DNA of 63,074 nt, the filler included, from Choristocarpus tenellus KU-1152 (Eukaryota > Protista > Phaeophyceae): NCBI GenBank assembly GCA_964200185.2. It is 10 parts of 10 records of this genome, joined end to end, with 100 filler letters (N's around TTAATTAATTAA, not from the genome) between each part and the next. Parts side by side here need not be neighbours in the genome. Positions count along the whole stretch, not along the records: positions 30,609 to 43,901 come from CAXNAD020001536.1; positions 44,002 to 49,532 come from CAXNAD020010505.1; positions 49,633 to 53,420 come from CAXNAD020017914.1; 7 more parts are not named here. The stretch is one strand, 5' to 3'. This document shows, in pieces, positions 36,401 to 49,748 of the stretch. The notes below the pieces were generated by a model. It had not been told where the DNA came from, ran no database searches, and saw only the letters and a list, made by a program, of their open reading frames with translations. Position numbers and translations under genes: made by a program. How positions within the stretch are numbered: the first letter of the stretch is position 1; each line of letters starts with the position of its first letter.

Positions 36401-37333
36401 TTACAAAAAAAAACGCATCAATTTCCTCTTATCATTAAAAGGAAAAAGCTATCAATCATGTAGTGCATAGCGTGCATCATCTGTCGCTCTTTCTGTTCTC
36501 TGCTTTGATGGTTACCTACAGGCACACCAGGATAACAGACGTGTTGATTGTAAAAGCACAAAGTCTACAATGATAATATGGAATCAAAAGGGTATGCACT
36601 TCGTGCTCACATGTGGGAGTAAGCATTGTGTCCCAGAGTGTAGCCCAACTTCTCACTGTCATGGGCAGATATGGAATCATCAGCTGCAGCAAAAATCTGA
36701 ATTAGGAACAGGTGTTCAAGATAGGGGGCTTTGAGATAAACAAACTGCGCAGAGAACATGAGGTTATTTAAGGGGAGGTATTGAGGGTTACCCCAAGAGT
36801 GAGGTTTTGCTGTTAGCCACCACCTCTGCGTGGAATTGTGTCTAACGAAGTTGTTAAGGCCACAATCGAGGCCAGGTGTGTACTGATCCAACATAAAGGA
36901 GGTTAAGTGATCCGGTCACCTACTGAAAATGATTCAACATTACACTTGAGTGCGAAACCCAACTTTGCTCATTCATGGTCGGAATATTGGCAAGGTACAA
37001 GAAACGTGGGTACATCAATGACACCACGAAATCAACTCTACGAGTACACAACAAAACAAAAACACATTGACTAAGTGTCGTCCTCACCTCAAGTCTCTTC
37101 ACGAACTCGTCCCCAGATTCGAATTCGATATTATATTTGGCCATCCATTCATAGAATTTCTTCTCGTAGTAGGCACGAGGGTGACGAAGAGTGGAGGACA
37201 TGGCATGGCCACCAACTAAAGCATCGGCGAAAGTCTTCAACTCTTCTGCTATCACATCAAAGGTAGGTGTTCCGCCGATGCTGGGCAGTGCTACACCCAG
37301 GGCGAGGAAAGTGGTCATCAAAGCGGTCTTCAT
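33406..37333 (-). CDS. Papain-family (C1A) cathepsin-L-like cysteine protease, complete, 375 aa; exons 37333-37088, 36696-36611, 36348-36198, 35771-35631, 35397-35296, 35042-34938, 34462-34406, 34233-34117, 33528-33406
   Basis: Signal-peptide-like [16 protein letters not shown]; I29 prodomain (FYEWMAKY...[14 protein letters not shown]); catalytic motifs [16 protein letters not shown] and KNSWG. The 1128 nt join in frame to TGA. Confidence 0.97.
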
Positions 37334-38292
37334 TATTCTCCCGCAGATATGCTTAAGGACGGGGTTGACCACGTGGAAGGAAGGACACAGAGAGTTAGGT
37401 TAAAGTTAGCTTACCCTCGACAGGGAGTGTTGCAACCCCATGCAAGGGTGCGGTTACTATTATATTCACCCTTCTTTACAACACAACAGTGAGGGATATG
37501 TATTGCGGACTCCGTCACCGATAATAGTCAGAGGGAGACACAAAATCTTGACAGGGTTGGTGGTGAGTCAGACGCACAGAACATCCAGAACAAACGCACG
37601 AAACTACCGAGTAACACAGGAAGAAGGAACATAGGAAGATGTAGAACGACCACCCAGTCATACCCTCGGACAGAAAAAACTATGAGGGTGTAGGTGTGTT
37701 CTCCTTTTTGTCCCTATGAACCGTCGTCGGACCAATTCCATGATACGATGGACAGATAAACCTACCGAAGATTGGGTTTTGTTTTGATAGTACATCGAGG
37801 GTGCACAGTCATCACCTCCCTCCATGCGCTGCGCTCTAAGATGAGATACAGCTAGTAGAAGACATTCATCATTAGATATCACTAAATGCGGAAGGCTTGA
37901 AGTGACAAAACTTAACCCCTCCCCAAACGACACGCACTGAGTCGGGCTCATCAAGCTACTCAGTCGAGCTCGTCGTATACTTACCTCCTGGAACAGATGG
38001 GGTCAAATTTCTCTCAGGTGTGGGTGGTGAAGGTAGTGCTTCGAGAAGAGAATTTCAACATCAACTGACTGAGGTGGGGCAGTACTTGAACGGTACACTA
38101 TGTTGATAAGAGAAAGAAAGTACTATTCGTCATCATATCAACCTTTTTTTTAATATCAATCACAAAACTGGGTCTTGAAGGGATAGGGAAGGAAACGTCC
38201 TTTTTGTTGATTATAAATGAAGTCGCAAACAAGATGAGGATGTTATTGACGACATCATGCTGCAATAACAGGTCGTCATTTGTGCTGTCTCT

Positions 38293-41200
38293 ATGATGGT
38301 GGTCGGCCCTCGATTTGACGGTGAAGGAGGAACACCGTCGTCAGGGACGCACCACACGAATTTGATCTCGTGTGCAGCGTCGGGGGCTGTCACGAATGCG
38401 ATACAAGCCTCAACGTCGCAACTCCAGAAAATATCGCTTCCCGATAGCGAGAAAGGCTGGAAAGGACCGGGAAAGAGCCGGACTGTGGTGAACGGGTTGA
38501 CTTTCCGGTCAGACTTTGACTCTGGCAACTTGATGAAAGTTACGAGAGACGAAGGACAGGGAGCAGGGTTTGGTGGTCTATACCACTTGTGGACTGCCAG
38601 GTTGGATTCTTCAATAGACAAGAGTTACGCATAGCTGATTGAGTGTGCCTTCAGATAGGATATACCTTGGTTCACCTATCCGGTGGTTTTTTCATATCTC
38701 TTTGCGCACTCTCCTTTGTCAGTAGAAATTATCGCAGATGGCGCATTGTCATACGGTTGTTTCTTTTTCGATCTTAGGACCATTTGCGCCTCTTTTGTGC
38801 AGCTGTGCAATCCTCCATAACCAAGTAATTCCTGCCGCCTGTGATCCCCAAGTAACTCCTCTGTTCTCATTTAAATTCCCTTTGCAGGGATTGTGAGGGA
38901 GGTCCCAATACCAAACGTAATTCAAGCTGGTTTCACTTTGGAGTCGCAGGAGGGGAGAGAGATGACACCATTACAATGGTCCGGGAAGTGATCATTTATG
39001 TTCACATATGAGCACCCTACTCGAAATTCCTGACGCTATGTGTACAAGTAAACATGTCACACTCTGGGTTCTTCACTGTGTCAGCTTAAGCGAGTATTAA
39101 ATAGACGGAAGTTCTCGTGACCTCTCACCACTGCTCCTTACCAGGAGTAGCATGAATATCGGTAGACTCTATCCTGCCCATTAGACTTCACATTGTTCCC
39201 TCAGAGAACACTATTGCATCTAAGGCAGCAAGTCAATATGGAACCATTGCACTAAACATTTTGTGCACCCCCGATTGATGTAGCTTTTCTCCAGAGCTCT
39301 ATAACTGCAGTTGTAATGCAAAGAACATATTTTAATGACCTCACAATTAGATATCAGCCACCGAGACATTTCTTACAAAGCTCTCAACTTTGCATACCCA
39401 CGTTATCCTTCCTAATCACTTCCTTCACCAGCGCCTCATGAACCTGAACAACCAACTATGCCTGTATAAGAACGGCATGACACCGGTGTATCGCCAGGCC
39501 AGCAGCTCGTACTGGACTAGGCTGAAGCAGAAGGTGGTGTACGAGGTGGGTATGCATTTTGTAAATGTACACACACTACACAGACCCTTACCTGTGTGCA
39601 ATCTCGGCTCATGTTGAAGTACTTGATGTTAACCTTCAGGTACTTGATAAAGCCCTAACCCTGCATTATGTGGTGATGTAAGCACCAGACTATTCTTTAC
39701 CCCGCTGAAACTACAGACTTCAGTATCAATTCACAAGGCCATTTCTACACTGTGACGACACAGCGGTTCGACTCATAGCATTTGGGAAAGACTCTAGCCA
39801 AGTCTAAAGTTTCTTGTCCAATCTCAAGCTTGTAGTACACTGAACTCATGACTTGTGTGACCCTCACTCCCTAGGAGTTCGGTCGCCACCTCCAGTTGCA
39901 GTTCCACTACAGATTTTTGCGTGCAGAAGAGGAGGTATTTTTTGCATTCTGCTTCCCTTACAGCTATGAAGCCTGCCTGGATGATCTTCACCTTGGGGAG
40001 GAGAAGGTTGGTTATTCAAGGAGACAGGGGGAGGGCACTGACAACCTGTTGTGTCCGATGACTGCTATGTCATACTGGAAACCCCTGAAGCTTTGCTTCT
40101 GTGGCAATATATTAGCATATTTTTTCTTCCGCATGCTCAAAGGTGCCACTAGTGCCTAGTATGTACTTCAAAAGGTTAACTTATCTGCACAGCATAGTAC
40201 TTCAAACAAAGTAGTCAAGTATTCTCTGTACTCTGGAGCAGTTGTTAATTGAGCTTGGTGTGGCTGACTGGCATGCACTTGCTGCTTGCGGGATGATGTC
40301 CAAGATGGATGAAGGTCCATCCCTCTCTCTCTCTCTCTTTCTTCCAATGATCTATGCTATGTGTGTGCACCCCTTGTTTGCCACTTATGGTAAGTGCACC
40401 TGTACGCTAGGATATGTTGAGATTGTGTATGTGAGGGTACATATTGTACTGAAGTCCTTGTCAAGGATCCTCAACCCCCCCCACCTGTGGCTGTCATGCT
40501 CTACCCTGCACTACATAGCTGAACCTAGCCCTTTTGAGGATTCCAAGACTGACATGTTGACATGAATGTCTGAGACTTCCTACCTATGGTGAAGCCCTTC
40601 CAAAGATACCACGATTATTGACTAATTTGTTGTAATTTCTCAACTAATGATAGTAGAAAATGTAGCAATGTCAGGACTCGTTACAATGCATGTCCGCCCT
40701 CTTGGCAGGGTTCCATGTGTTGGACTCAACACAGAGCTAAACAAAATGCAAGTCTTGCTGCTAATAATGCGAAGTAATGATGTGCATGAAATCGAAGTTT
40801 TAAGATGGTGTGCCATCAGAGGAAATAGGTAACAGAAGATAGAGCGGACAACCCACTCTTCTGCATTCCTTTTGTTCCAGCTATACAATACCTTAGATCT
40901 CTTCATAATCATATCTATGTCCTTCTTCTCTTCTAAGGCACGCAAGGATGGGATGGCAGTTCAGCCTCTGCTGACTCCAAAAGCTGGCCCAACCGTGTAC
41001 TACCACCGGGAACTTCTCACCCGTAGCACTCAAGGGAGGAGGGTAGATCTCATCACTGTCACAGACTGCAATGGGGTGATGGTGAGGGGTCGACACACAC
41101 TCTGGAGACTTTGATGTGGGCTATTGAACATTTTTTTTGTCCCTGGGGGGTAAGTAACCCCTTCCCTTTGCTGATGCTATTCACGCTGCCTTTTTTTTTC

Positions 41201-43884
41201 TACAAGTGTATCCGTTGATATTTTGAGTAAGAGGTCATGGCTCTCTGTTGCCATCAAGAGTCATCATGCGCTCTTTTCATTTTATATACCCCATACCCAA
41301 AACCGAAGAATCACATGAATCTACATGCAGCATAGGTTATATTATCTCACACTTAACCGTAAAATTGGCGACAGAGGCTTGCATTGAGGCAGTGTTTTTG
41401 GAGTTCACCTCATATCCAGCTTCTGTTGTTAGGAGGACCAGGATGGTAAATACTTCAAAGCAAGAGATATCCAGCATCAAGCAACCTGTGTAGAGTAAAC
41501 GTAATGGCAATCCTTGAAAGTGCAGTTCTCCTAGTGAGTGCATTTCTTAATGATTTGTGTGGGAGAGAGTGAGAGTATCTTAGAGGGTACGTGTTTTTCC
41601 CTGTTTGTTCATTTGGGACTTGACTTCCCACAGGTTTTTATGACATTTTCCTACTCCAAAATGTTTCGGAGTAGGTAAAATTTATACATTATGAAAGTTA
41701 TGTCCGGAACAAGGATATTGACACTTCCTAACAAACACAATAGTCCAAATTACATCAAAATCGCAACATTGGATTTTGACCCCAAATGGACATGGCTCTA
41801 CCCTCTAAGACACTTTGACTCAGATATTGTGCACTGACTCTGTACACCTGTTTGAGGTACTACTTGTGCCAAAATTATAGTCATAGCACATGGTGAGCAC
41901 ACCAGAGGTGAATGAACATCTACAGGCATGTCCACGATAGCAAATGGATCTCTAGATTTATGAGCTCTTGCAGCAATGTCTACTGCACCTCATTAAGCTG
42001 ATCATAGTGTGTGATCTAATCACTCTTTGGCTACCTCAAATCCTATTTCTTCGTCCTCAAGCGACTATCCGCTGGACAAAGTCAATCAATTCAACCAGGA
42101 GTGACGATATATACAGTCTCATCTCCCACCATCTACCTCCTTCCCTCGGACATAAACCATGCTGTTATTTATGGGTGGTAGGAGGATCGTGAACCACGCA
42201 TTGACCCCCACATCTTCCCACAGCACTCAAAGCCAAGACCCTTTGAGTTCTCAGGTAAGGATGTTGTGTTCGTCAGCGCCCGAGTTCACCCAGGGGAAAC
42301 TCCCTCAAGCTATGTCTTTCAGGGCATCCTGCGTTTCCTGCTCAACATTACAGATCCAAGAGCTGCAGAGCTGCGCCGAAGATATGTGTTCAAGGTTAGG
42401 GTTAGGGTGGAGAGTGAAGGTGGAGGTGGAGGTGGAGGTAGGCATGTTGGTGATGTGAAGTTAGACAGAAGTGACTTGGTTACAGTTGGAGAATGAAGAG
42501 AGGGTTTGCAGAATATTGGCCTAGTACTGGTATGGATATTTGAAGTTTGGAGGAGCTGTATCGCATCAGATGGGATTAGTGTGTGTACCAAAGCCAGACT
42601 GATTGGCAGGCGTGTAGCTTTAGACCTTCTGCTGGCATTTAGTGGGGTTGAGTTATTATTGATTTGCTGCATGTACTGCCACAGACAGAATATATGTATA
42701 GCAATTGCAATCCCTCTGAAAATAGCAATTGTCCAGTCGGCCGTTTTGCCTGTAAAGACCAGGGGAGTTTCAAGTGCAAAAATATGGCGGAGGAGGAGGT
42801 GACATACGTATGAGGGGAAATCTGACGGTATACTCAGGGCAGAAGTGGGGGGGGATATTGTTCTCTGTTGAAGTGGATACATGATAAGGGAGAAGGCACA
42901 ATTGTATCCTGCCACCACCGTGAATAGTTAAATTGTGTCGGTGAGCATTTCGTCAAGAACAGTGATCAGCCAAGGATGTTGTAAGGCGAAGTGTCCAAGG
43001 CAAGTTGAAGACTATGAACAGGATTGGAAAGGATGAACTCTTGAGGAAGGCATGTTTTGTGTTTTTTAGACATAATGACCTGTGTAGGTAATAACTACTC
43101 CGACTTTTCCCATAGTTAAATGAGGACTGAAATAGGGGCTTTAGTGTATGGTAGTGCTAAACTCATTTGTTATCAAGAATGTTATATGCTCCTTTGTTGT
43201 GCTTGAGAGTTCTCCGACACTGGAGGACAGAGTTTACTTTTCAGACCAAACAGTCAGCAAGTAGTTGTTTCTGATTGTATTGAATTCATTTTTACCATGT
43301 GCGAACTACCTATATTATTTATATATTTCCGTGCAAGGTGAAAAGAAGGGGTTGACCTTGACAAATCCCAAATGTAGGTACTATGTCCAATAAAAATGCT
43401 TGGAGAGGGTGCAACATGCACTTAAGTGCATGTTTGCCTCTTCAGGGTATACCTTGTGCTGGTTGTGATATGGTCTCAATAACGTAGGAGCAAGACCCAT
43501 CCCACCTTGAAAGAGTAATCTCCAACACTATTGCCGACAATTAGAGTTGCCATTAACACCACTTCCAACATTTTCCGAAACCTGATAAGGTCCATCCCCG
43601 CCCCCCCATAATTGGAGGTGTAGCTGGTGCCTCTGCTCAATCCTGACGGTGTGGCAGCCGGCCACTTTCGGCAGGATACCAATGGCAACAACCTCAATCG
43701 GCACTACATTGATCCTGATCCGGTTGAGCATGCCCCGATATTTGCAGCAAAGTCAGTGGTGATGCACCATGCAGAGCGGCCAAAGGGGACGGGGAGGCTG
43801 AGCGCATACCTAGATCTTCATGCGCATGCCTCTACTAGGGGGTGTTTCATCTATGGCAATCACTTGTGCGGCCTGGAGGAGCAG
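38293..43884 (+). CDS. AGBL5: Cytosolic carboxypeptidase (M14D tubulin deglutamylase), CCP5-like, 3' truncated; exons 38293-38600, 38888-38978, 39432-39545, 39876-40007, 40939-41081, 42182-42394, 43624-43884
   Basis: Motifs [50 protein letters not shown] and [15 protein letters not shown]...PRPFEFSGK is CCP5-like. Confidence 0.9.
41567..41821 (-). mobile_element. MITE family 1 copy in a CCP5 intron, TSD AGA
   Basis: GAGTGAGAGTATCTTAGAGGGTAC...CTAAGACACTTTGACTC with AGA on both sides. Confidence 0.9.
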
Positions 43885-44150
43885 GTTGGGGGGTGGGGTG
43901 GNNNNNNNNNNNNNNNNNNNNNNNNNNNNNNNNNNNNNNNNNNNNTTAATTAATTAANNNNNNNNNNNNNNNNNNNNNNNNNNNNNNNNNNNNNNNNNNN
44001 NCCCAGATACTTTGACCCCGTTCCACTGTGTGTGATGACAGTTACCTCATCTCGATTGAACCTTCCCACACTCCATCGGGTTTGCGACCTCCTCCCCTCC
44101 CCACCTCCACATCCTCTGCTTGCGTTCTGTGGATCCGGTCCACCAAGCAG

Positions 44151-47100
44151 GTGGTGTATACCCCCGATGGAACACGCCTCCTCTCCTGTGGGTCTGACGG
44201 CCTGCTGTGCCTCTACAACGTGGGACGCGGATACCAGCCCGTGCGTATGCTGGCGTGCGATCCCCCTGCTCCTGGGTCTGAGATGTCTCTCACGGTGAGG
44301 GGGCTGTCCCACATGGGGATGAGGTTGCTGTGCATTCTAACATTGGGTGTTTTCCACGTCAAACTCCCCCCATGTGTTAGCCTTCCCTGTACACAATCAC
44401 CCAATATATGTATTGTTGCACCCTTCGATCCACAAAGGTATCGCCCGGGAGCGATCGAGTTGCAGTGCTGGGGCCGGAGCCAACGTGCATATTGTTGTAC
44501 GACCTCGCCTCCCTGGTTCTTCGAAAGCGTTTGGGTCGCCCAGAGCGAAGAGGGCCTGGGGAGGGCAGCTACGGCGGTGGCATGGGGATCGGTGCTGGAT
44601 TGGATCGGGTTGGCAGCGGAGGAGGATGGCAGCCGCAGGTGGGGTGGTGGGGGTAGATAGCACTATTTTTCCGAGGTGTTGAGGTGGGAGTATTTATTGG
44701 CAATGTGCAATATATCCAGTTAGGTTGGCAGTTATTGATTGGCAGTGCGTGTTTGTGTGCCCACAGATTCAATACATAGTCCTTGTGAGCCTTGTCTTCC
44801 CTTTTCTTTGTTGTCCTTTCTCCTTCCCCCTCATTTTCCTTCTCAGCACTTACTTCCACCTCCCCATGCCCAACCACCCCCCCTCTTCCACCGTAGTTAG
44901 TGGCCACTTTTCACCTTCAGCAACTTATTTACCCCTTCCCCAATCCTCACTTCTCTAATGTCCAAGGGTATTGATGGTGCTGGGGAGGGTGGTATCAGGG
45001 CTTGGGAAGGGCAAGCCACTGCGGCATGGGGAGGGGTGGGAGCATTCCTTCATGCATCCTTCAGTGGAGATGGGTCTGACCTAATGGCCTGCACCCGGTC
45101 GAAGCTATTCAGATTTCCACTAAGAAACAGCTCAAGGTGGGGGGTGGGGGTGGAGATGTGACTGTTTTCAGGTGGGGTGGAAGGTGTGTGCAGGGTGTGG
45201 GCTGGATAATTAAGAGTGTAAATATCTGGTGCTACTACATGTATGCCAAGAATATAATTTTTTTGTCTTTTTTTGTCTTTTTATTAAATTTTACTTAATT
45301 TTTTTTTTTTGCAGTTCAGTATAGAGTGATGTTTCAGAGGTAGGAGAGGTTGCATGTCGAATGCATTCGATTGACTGAATGTAGCATGAGTGTAGGTTGC
45401 ATGGGAACTAACTACCCTATTGGTGTAAATATAGGTTCCTTTTTGGTACTATGTGACCCTCACCTCCACTTAAGAAAAAAAAATCTTGTCATGCATGGCT
45501 AGTAAGGGTGTCAACAGACAACGAGCTCTCCCCACAAGATGTTTAAAGTACACAAGAGACTATCACCTACACAAGAGACTATCACCTACCTGCCAAATCG
45601 TTCAAAATATGTACTTTTCTGCTTGCTGCACTTTTTTGGAAGCCTGTGGTGGAGGCAACACCATACGCAGTGTATCAAGTACTTTGATGTACTTGGCAGT
45701 CAGTGTTAGGTAGGTGCCTCAACTCCATCATACTACCTGACTTCACACCCATGCCCCACCTCCCCCGTAAATATACCTTACAACTACGCCTATGCCCAGT
45801 TTGTTCTCTTCCCTCTCTCTCCTCCCATCTCCCCTTCATTGCTTGACCAACTTCCTATAGTGAGGGCACCAACGATATCCAGGTGTGGTCTGCTCTTCTC
45901 CCTTGCAAAGTTGAGAAGGTTGTGTCCCTACTCCCTCCCCAGGGGCCAGGATTGCTTTTGGCTTCCCCTGCCCCTGCCCCTGTCCCTGTCCCTGGGGCCG
46001 GCCCTGGAGGAGGCAGAAGTCTCGTGGGGAAGGCCCTGGTCTCAGCTTCTGAGCTTTGTCTGTGCCAGGTATGAGAACTGGTTTTGTATGGGGGAGTGTT
46101 ATATGAGAGGGGAGGGAGTGGGAGGGTGGCGGTCTACAAGCATGCTAATTTGGAATTCATTCTATCTCATGGGATTCCATTCATAGGGTTGCTCTATCAT
46201 GTCACACACACATTCATCCCTCATTTTGTTCACCTATTTGATCTTTGGATGCATGCCCAATTCGTTCACATATTCTTACAACTACTTTGACTTAGACCTG
46301 CTGGTACTGATGAGGGGGTATTAGCTTTTGCACCATTGGCAATGCTTTTATCTCTGGAGAGGGGAGAGGAGGAGTTGGGTCATGGTTGGAAGGAGATGTA
46401 CTGGGATTACCGAACAAATTGCAGAGTATGTTTATATGAATTGTGTTTGAGAAAATATCCACAGTCCAACAATTGATTGCAATTCTTGAACTCTTCAATA
46501 TAGTACAACCACACACACACACACACGCACACGCGCGCGCGCGCGCACAAATCCAACACATTTACAGAAAGCTCTCTGACACCGCCCCCCCTTCCCCCCC
46601 TTAACTCCCCCCAAATCCCTGCTGAACAGGTCCACCGTGACATTTCAAGTGCGTCCGTGGTGCTCTCCATGCCTCAGGTCTTTGCTGCGCACTCTGCCCC
46701 TCTATCCGCTGCAGCCTTCTCGAGGTGTGGCACTCATCTTGTGACATGTGATGCAAGCGGTGTGGTGCTATTGTGGTCCAACCTGGCATCCCCAGACCCA
46801 GCCGACCTTGTCCTCACCACCTGTTACTTTGACATTGGAAGCCTAGGCGACATCAGCAACTTGGAGATGGATCGGAAGAGAGACGGAAATCTTGGCAGCG
46901 GAATGGGTATCGATCAAGCAGTCGGTGAGAGGGAAGGGGATGGGGAGGACCAAGAAGACAGCGGTGTGAGGAGGGACTGGGATGGTGATGCTCTGGACTT
47001 GGGCGGGGACATGGGCGTAGTGGAGGGCAAGGGGAAGCTGTTACAGAAACTGAGGAGTGATGATAAGCTCATCTCTGGTATGGTTGGTGCTGAACCTTTC

Positions 47101-49263
47101 ACTCCAGATAGTTTTACTGCTGTGGGTGACTGCCGTCGTGTTGCATGGGGCCAGGGGCACACGACAATCACACATAGCTTGGAGGAACCTGGAGTTGCAG
47201 CCGATGGCATTTCCACTAGTGCTGTGATGGCAGGAAAGGGTACGGAGGATGGGGTAGATCCAATCGACAGGGGTAATAGTGACAGCAGAGAATCAGCCAG
47301 GTATCTTCCTGTGCAGGAGGATGATGACACACCTCTGCCTCAGAGTCCAGTTTCTAGGTTGCTGTGGCATGGGGTTGATGCCACAGCTGGGGTCCCCTTT
47401 GGTTCTGTGGAGGTGGGCCGAAATCTAACTCTCCTCTGAAGTAGGGGGGTGTTGAAAGCGGTGGGATTTAATGTGGTGTGTCCTCATGCACCAATCACTG
47501 TACCACCACTGTTTAGATGTACTTCCATATATGCTTCCCTTCTGGAATATCCTGCTTCTTCCCCCAAAGACAATTGATCTTAAACCCCCCTCAATTCTTG
47601 CCTGTGATCATTCATATCTGCAAGAAAGGAGAAGAAACCATGAACAAGGTGAACAGAGGTCTGGGAAAACTGGACGGAAACAAGAGCGTGTGGCAGCAGC
47701 AGTGGGTGCAGGAACAGGAAAGACCCCTAGTGGATGTAGACAGGGGGAAGGAGAATTACAGTGCTAGAGCTGAAAGGACAATACCATCAATGCTGTCAAG
47801 TAGCAACCAACCCTTGTCTTCATCGTTGCTATCAACCACCTTGGATAGTGACGGCAGTGGGGTGGGATTTAAAGGGTCAACACCCATGTCTCACCCCATC
47901 TGGCACCCCACTTCAGGACGCCTCATGTACTGGGAAGGCGATAAATTCCTCTGTGAGGACCTTGAAGGTGGGATCAGGACAGAACTCTGGCCTGGGGAGC
48001 AAAAGAGTGGAGTTGGGGTTGAAGGTAGGGCAACAAAGGGAGTTGTAGTTTATGCCTGTGCTGTATCTTCGCAGGGTGATCTCGTGGCAGCTGGTGCACG
48101 AGGAGGTGGAGGAACTTCCCCTGTTAATGGATGGTTGACCATGTGGTCGTCTCTTTCCCCTTCAGCATGCACCACCAGCAGGAAGGAGAGTAAAGAGGTG
48201 GAGGGAGGTGAATGGAGGCGGGTGGTTGAGGTCAATGGTGGAGTGAGTGGGTGGAATATACGAGCTCTAGCTTTCTCCCCATCGGGAGCTGCCCTTGTCT
48301 CCCTTGGAGAGTGGAATAGGAGTAGTGACTGCCTGCTTAGGGTGATTTCTTCTTGGGAAGGTGGGTGTGACGATAAGCATCCTTGGAAGAGGAACTGGTG
48401 GATTGAGGTGTCACACTGCCTTGCCACCGTTGTATATCCCCTACCACTGCAGCATCAAAATTAAGGGCAAATTTGGACTTGAGTAGTTTTGTTATGTCTT
48501 GTTTTGTTCACAGTGACGTTTACTTCTTGTACTACATAGTACACCTACTTTTGTTATGTACCTCATCTGCTGTATTAACTATTTCATTCCTCCTGATACT
48601 GTATCCCAATCACACACATGTTAATGTAGTAGGGCCTACCGTGTCAGCTTATGTTCTTGGTTTAACCTACCACATCCCTCTAGTCCCACCCCACCCCTCT
48701 CCTCTCAACTCTTACCCCCCTCCCGAACAATTTTGTTTCTTGCATCCTCTCAGCAGACATGGGCAATAGCTCCGAGGTGAACAAGGTCATCGCCCCCAAA
48801 GGGACATCAGCCGTACTCCTCCCTCCTGACACTTCTGTGCTGTGTGTGTTGCCTGGCATCCATGATGGTGCCCTATTTGCATTCTCTTCCTCCTTTACCT
48901 CCCTGACCCCAGCAGCCATTGACAACTGGGGGAGGTTTGATGAGGGCCAGGGGACGGAGATAAGGGAAGTAGATTCAGCGTCCTTCTTCTTTGCCACTGG
49001 GGGGGGGATTGCTGGAGTTACACTTTGGCGATGGAATGCAGCTGTGTTTACTGGAGAGCCAGGGGAGCAGACACGTCCAGTTTCAGGGGGGGCCTTGCTC
49101 CGCCTTGGGACAGCTGTGGCTGGGGAAACGATTTCGGCCATGGTGGTAGTAGACCGGTTCATTGTGGTTTCGAAGGAAGGAGTAAATGTGCTCACAGCCA
49201 TCCCCATATCCAGTCTTTTGAGAGGGGATGTAGAAGATGAAGATAATGGTGGTGGAGATGAAG
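44151..49263 (+). CDS. WDR90: WD40-repeat protein, WDR90/POC16-like, internal exons 44151-44294, 44438-44638, 44967-45136, 45861-46068, 46630-47412, ~47625-48360, ~48754-49263
   Basis: In-frame exons. PQVFAAHSAPLSAAAFSRCG, IWHPTSGRLMY...CEDLEGG and IRALAFSPSGAALVSLGEW occur in the same order as motifs I recall from WDR90. The WD40 call is firm; the orthology is from memory. Confidence 0.72.
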
Positions 49264-49362
49264 GTGAGTGTAAGTGCAGTACATATGATGCAAGGACCGT
49301 CCATTAAAGACCTTCCACACCAGCAAGAACCTGTTGGATAGACCTAATGAAAAGATGTCTTT

Positions 49363-49532
49363 GACTCAAAGTATCTGGGGGGGGCGGTTGTCCATTTGGC
49401 GCCCATTTTTCCATGTTGCACATTTGGGTGATTTGGTTGCATGCGTCGGATGGATGATGTAAGTGCACTTTGCCTGGTCAGGCTGAATGGACACCCTGGT
49501 GTAGACCCCAACCCCCCCCCCCCCCCCCCCCC
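49363..49532 (+). mobile_element. Terminus of TIR family 2 (G-rich sister of MITE 1); other termini at 44002-44018, 53521-53586, ~56440-56478, 59010-59029, 63051-63074
   Basis: G(G/A)NYCAAAGTATCTGGGGGG or its reverse complement CCCAGATACTTTGACCC. This copy also keeps GTCCATTTGG and CCATGTTGC, similar to family 1. Confidence 0.8.
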
Positions 49533-49748
49533 NNNNNNNNNNNNNNNNNNNNNNNNNNNNNNNNNNNNNNNNNNNNTTAATTAATTAANNNNNNNNNNNN
49601 NNNNNNNNNNNNNNNNNNNNNNNNNNNNNNNNCCCCCCCGGGCCAATTCTTACCCATTGGAATTGGCTATCTCACCTTCTCGTATATATATATATATATC
49701 TGTTCAGTGCCAAGCTTAGGAATGCCTTACTAAAGCGTGCCATTGCAG

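Noticed and set aside
37977-37990. U1 snRNA start (ATACTTACCT)
   Set aside because: No U1 stem-loops or Sm site follow; it is better explained as a minus-strand splice donor.
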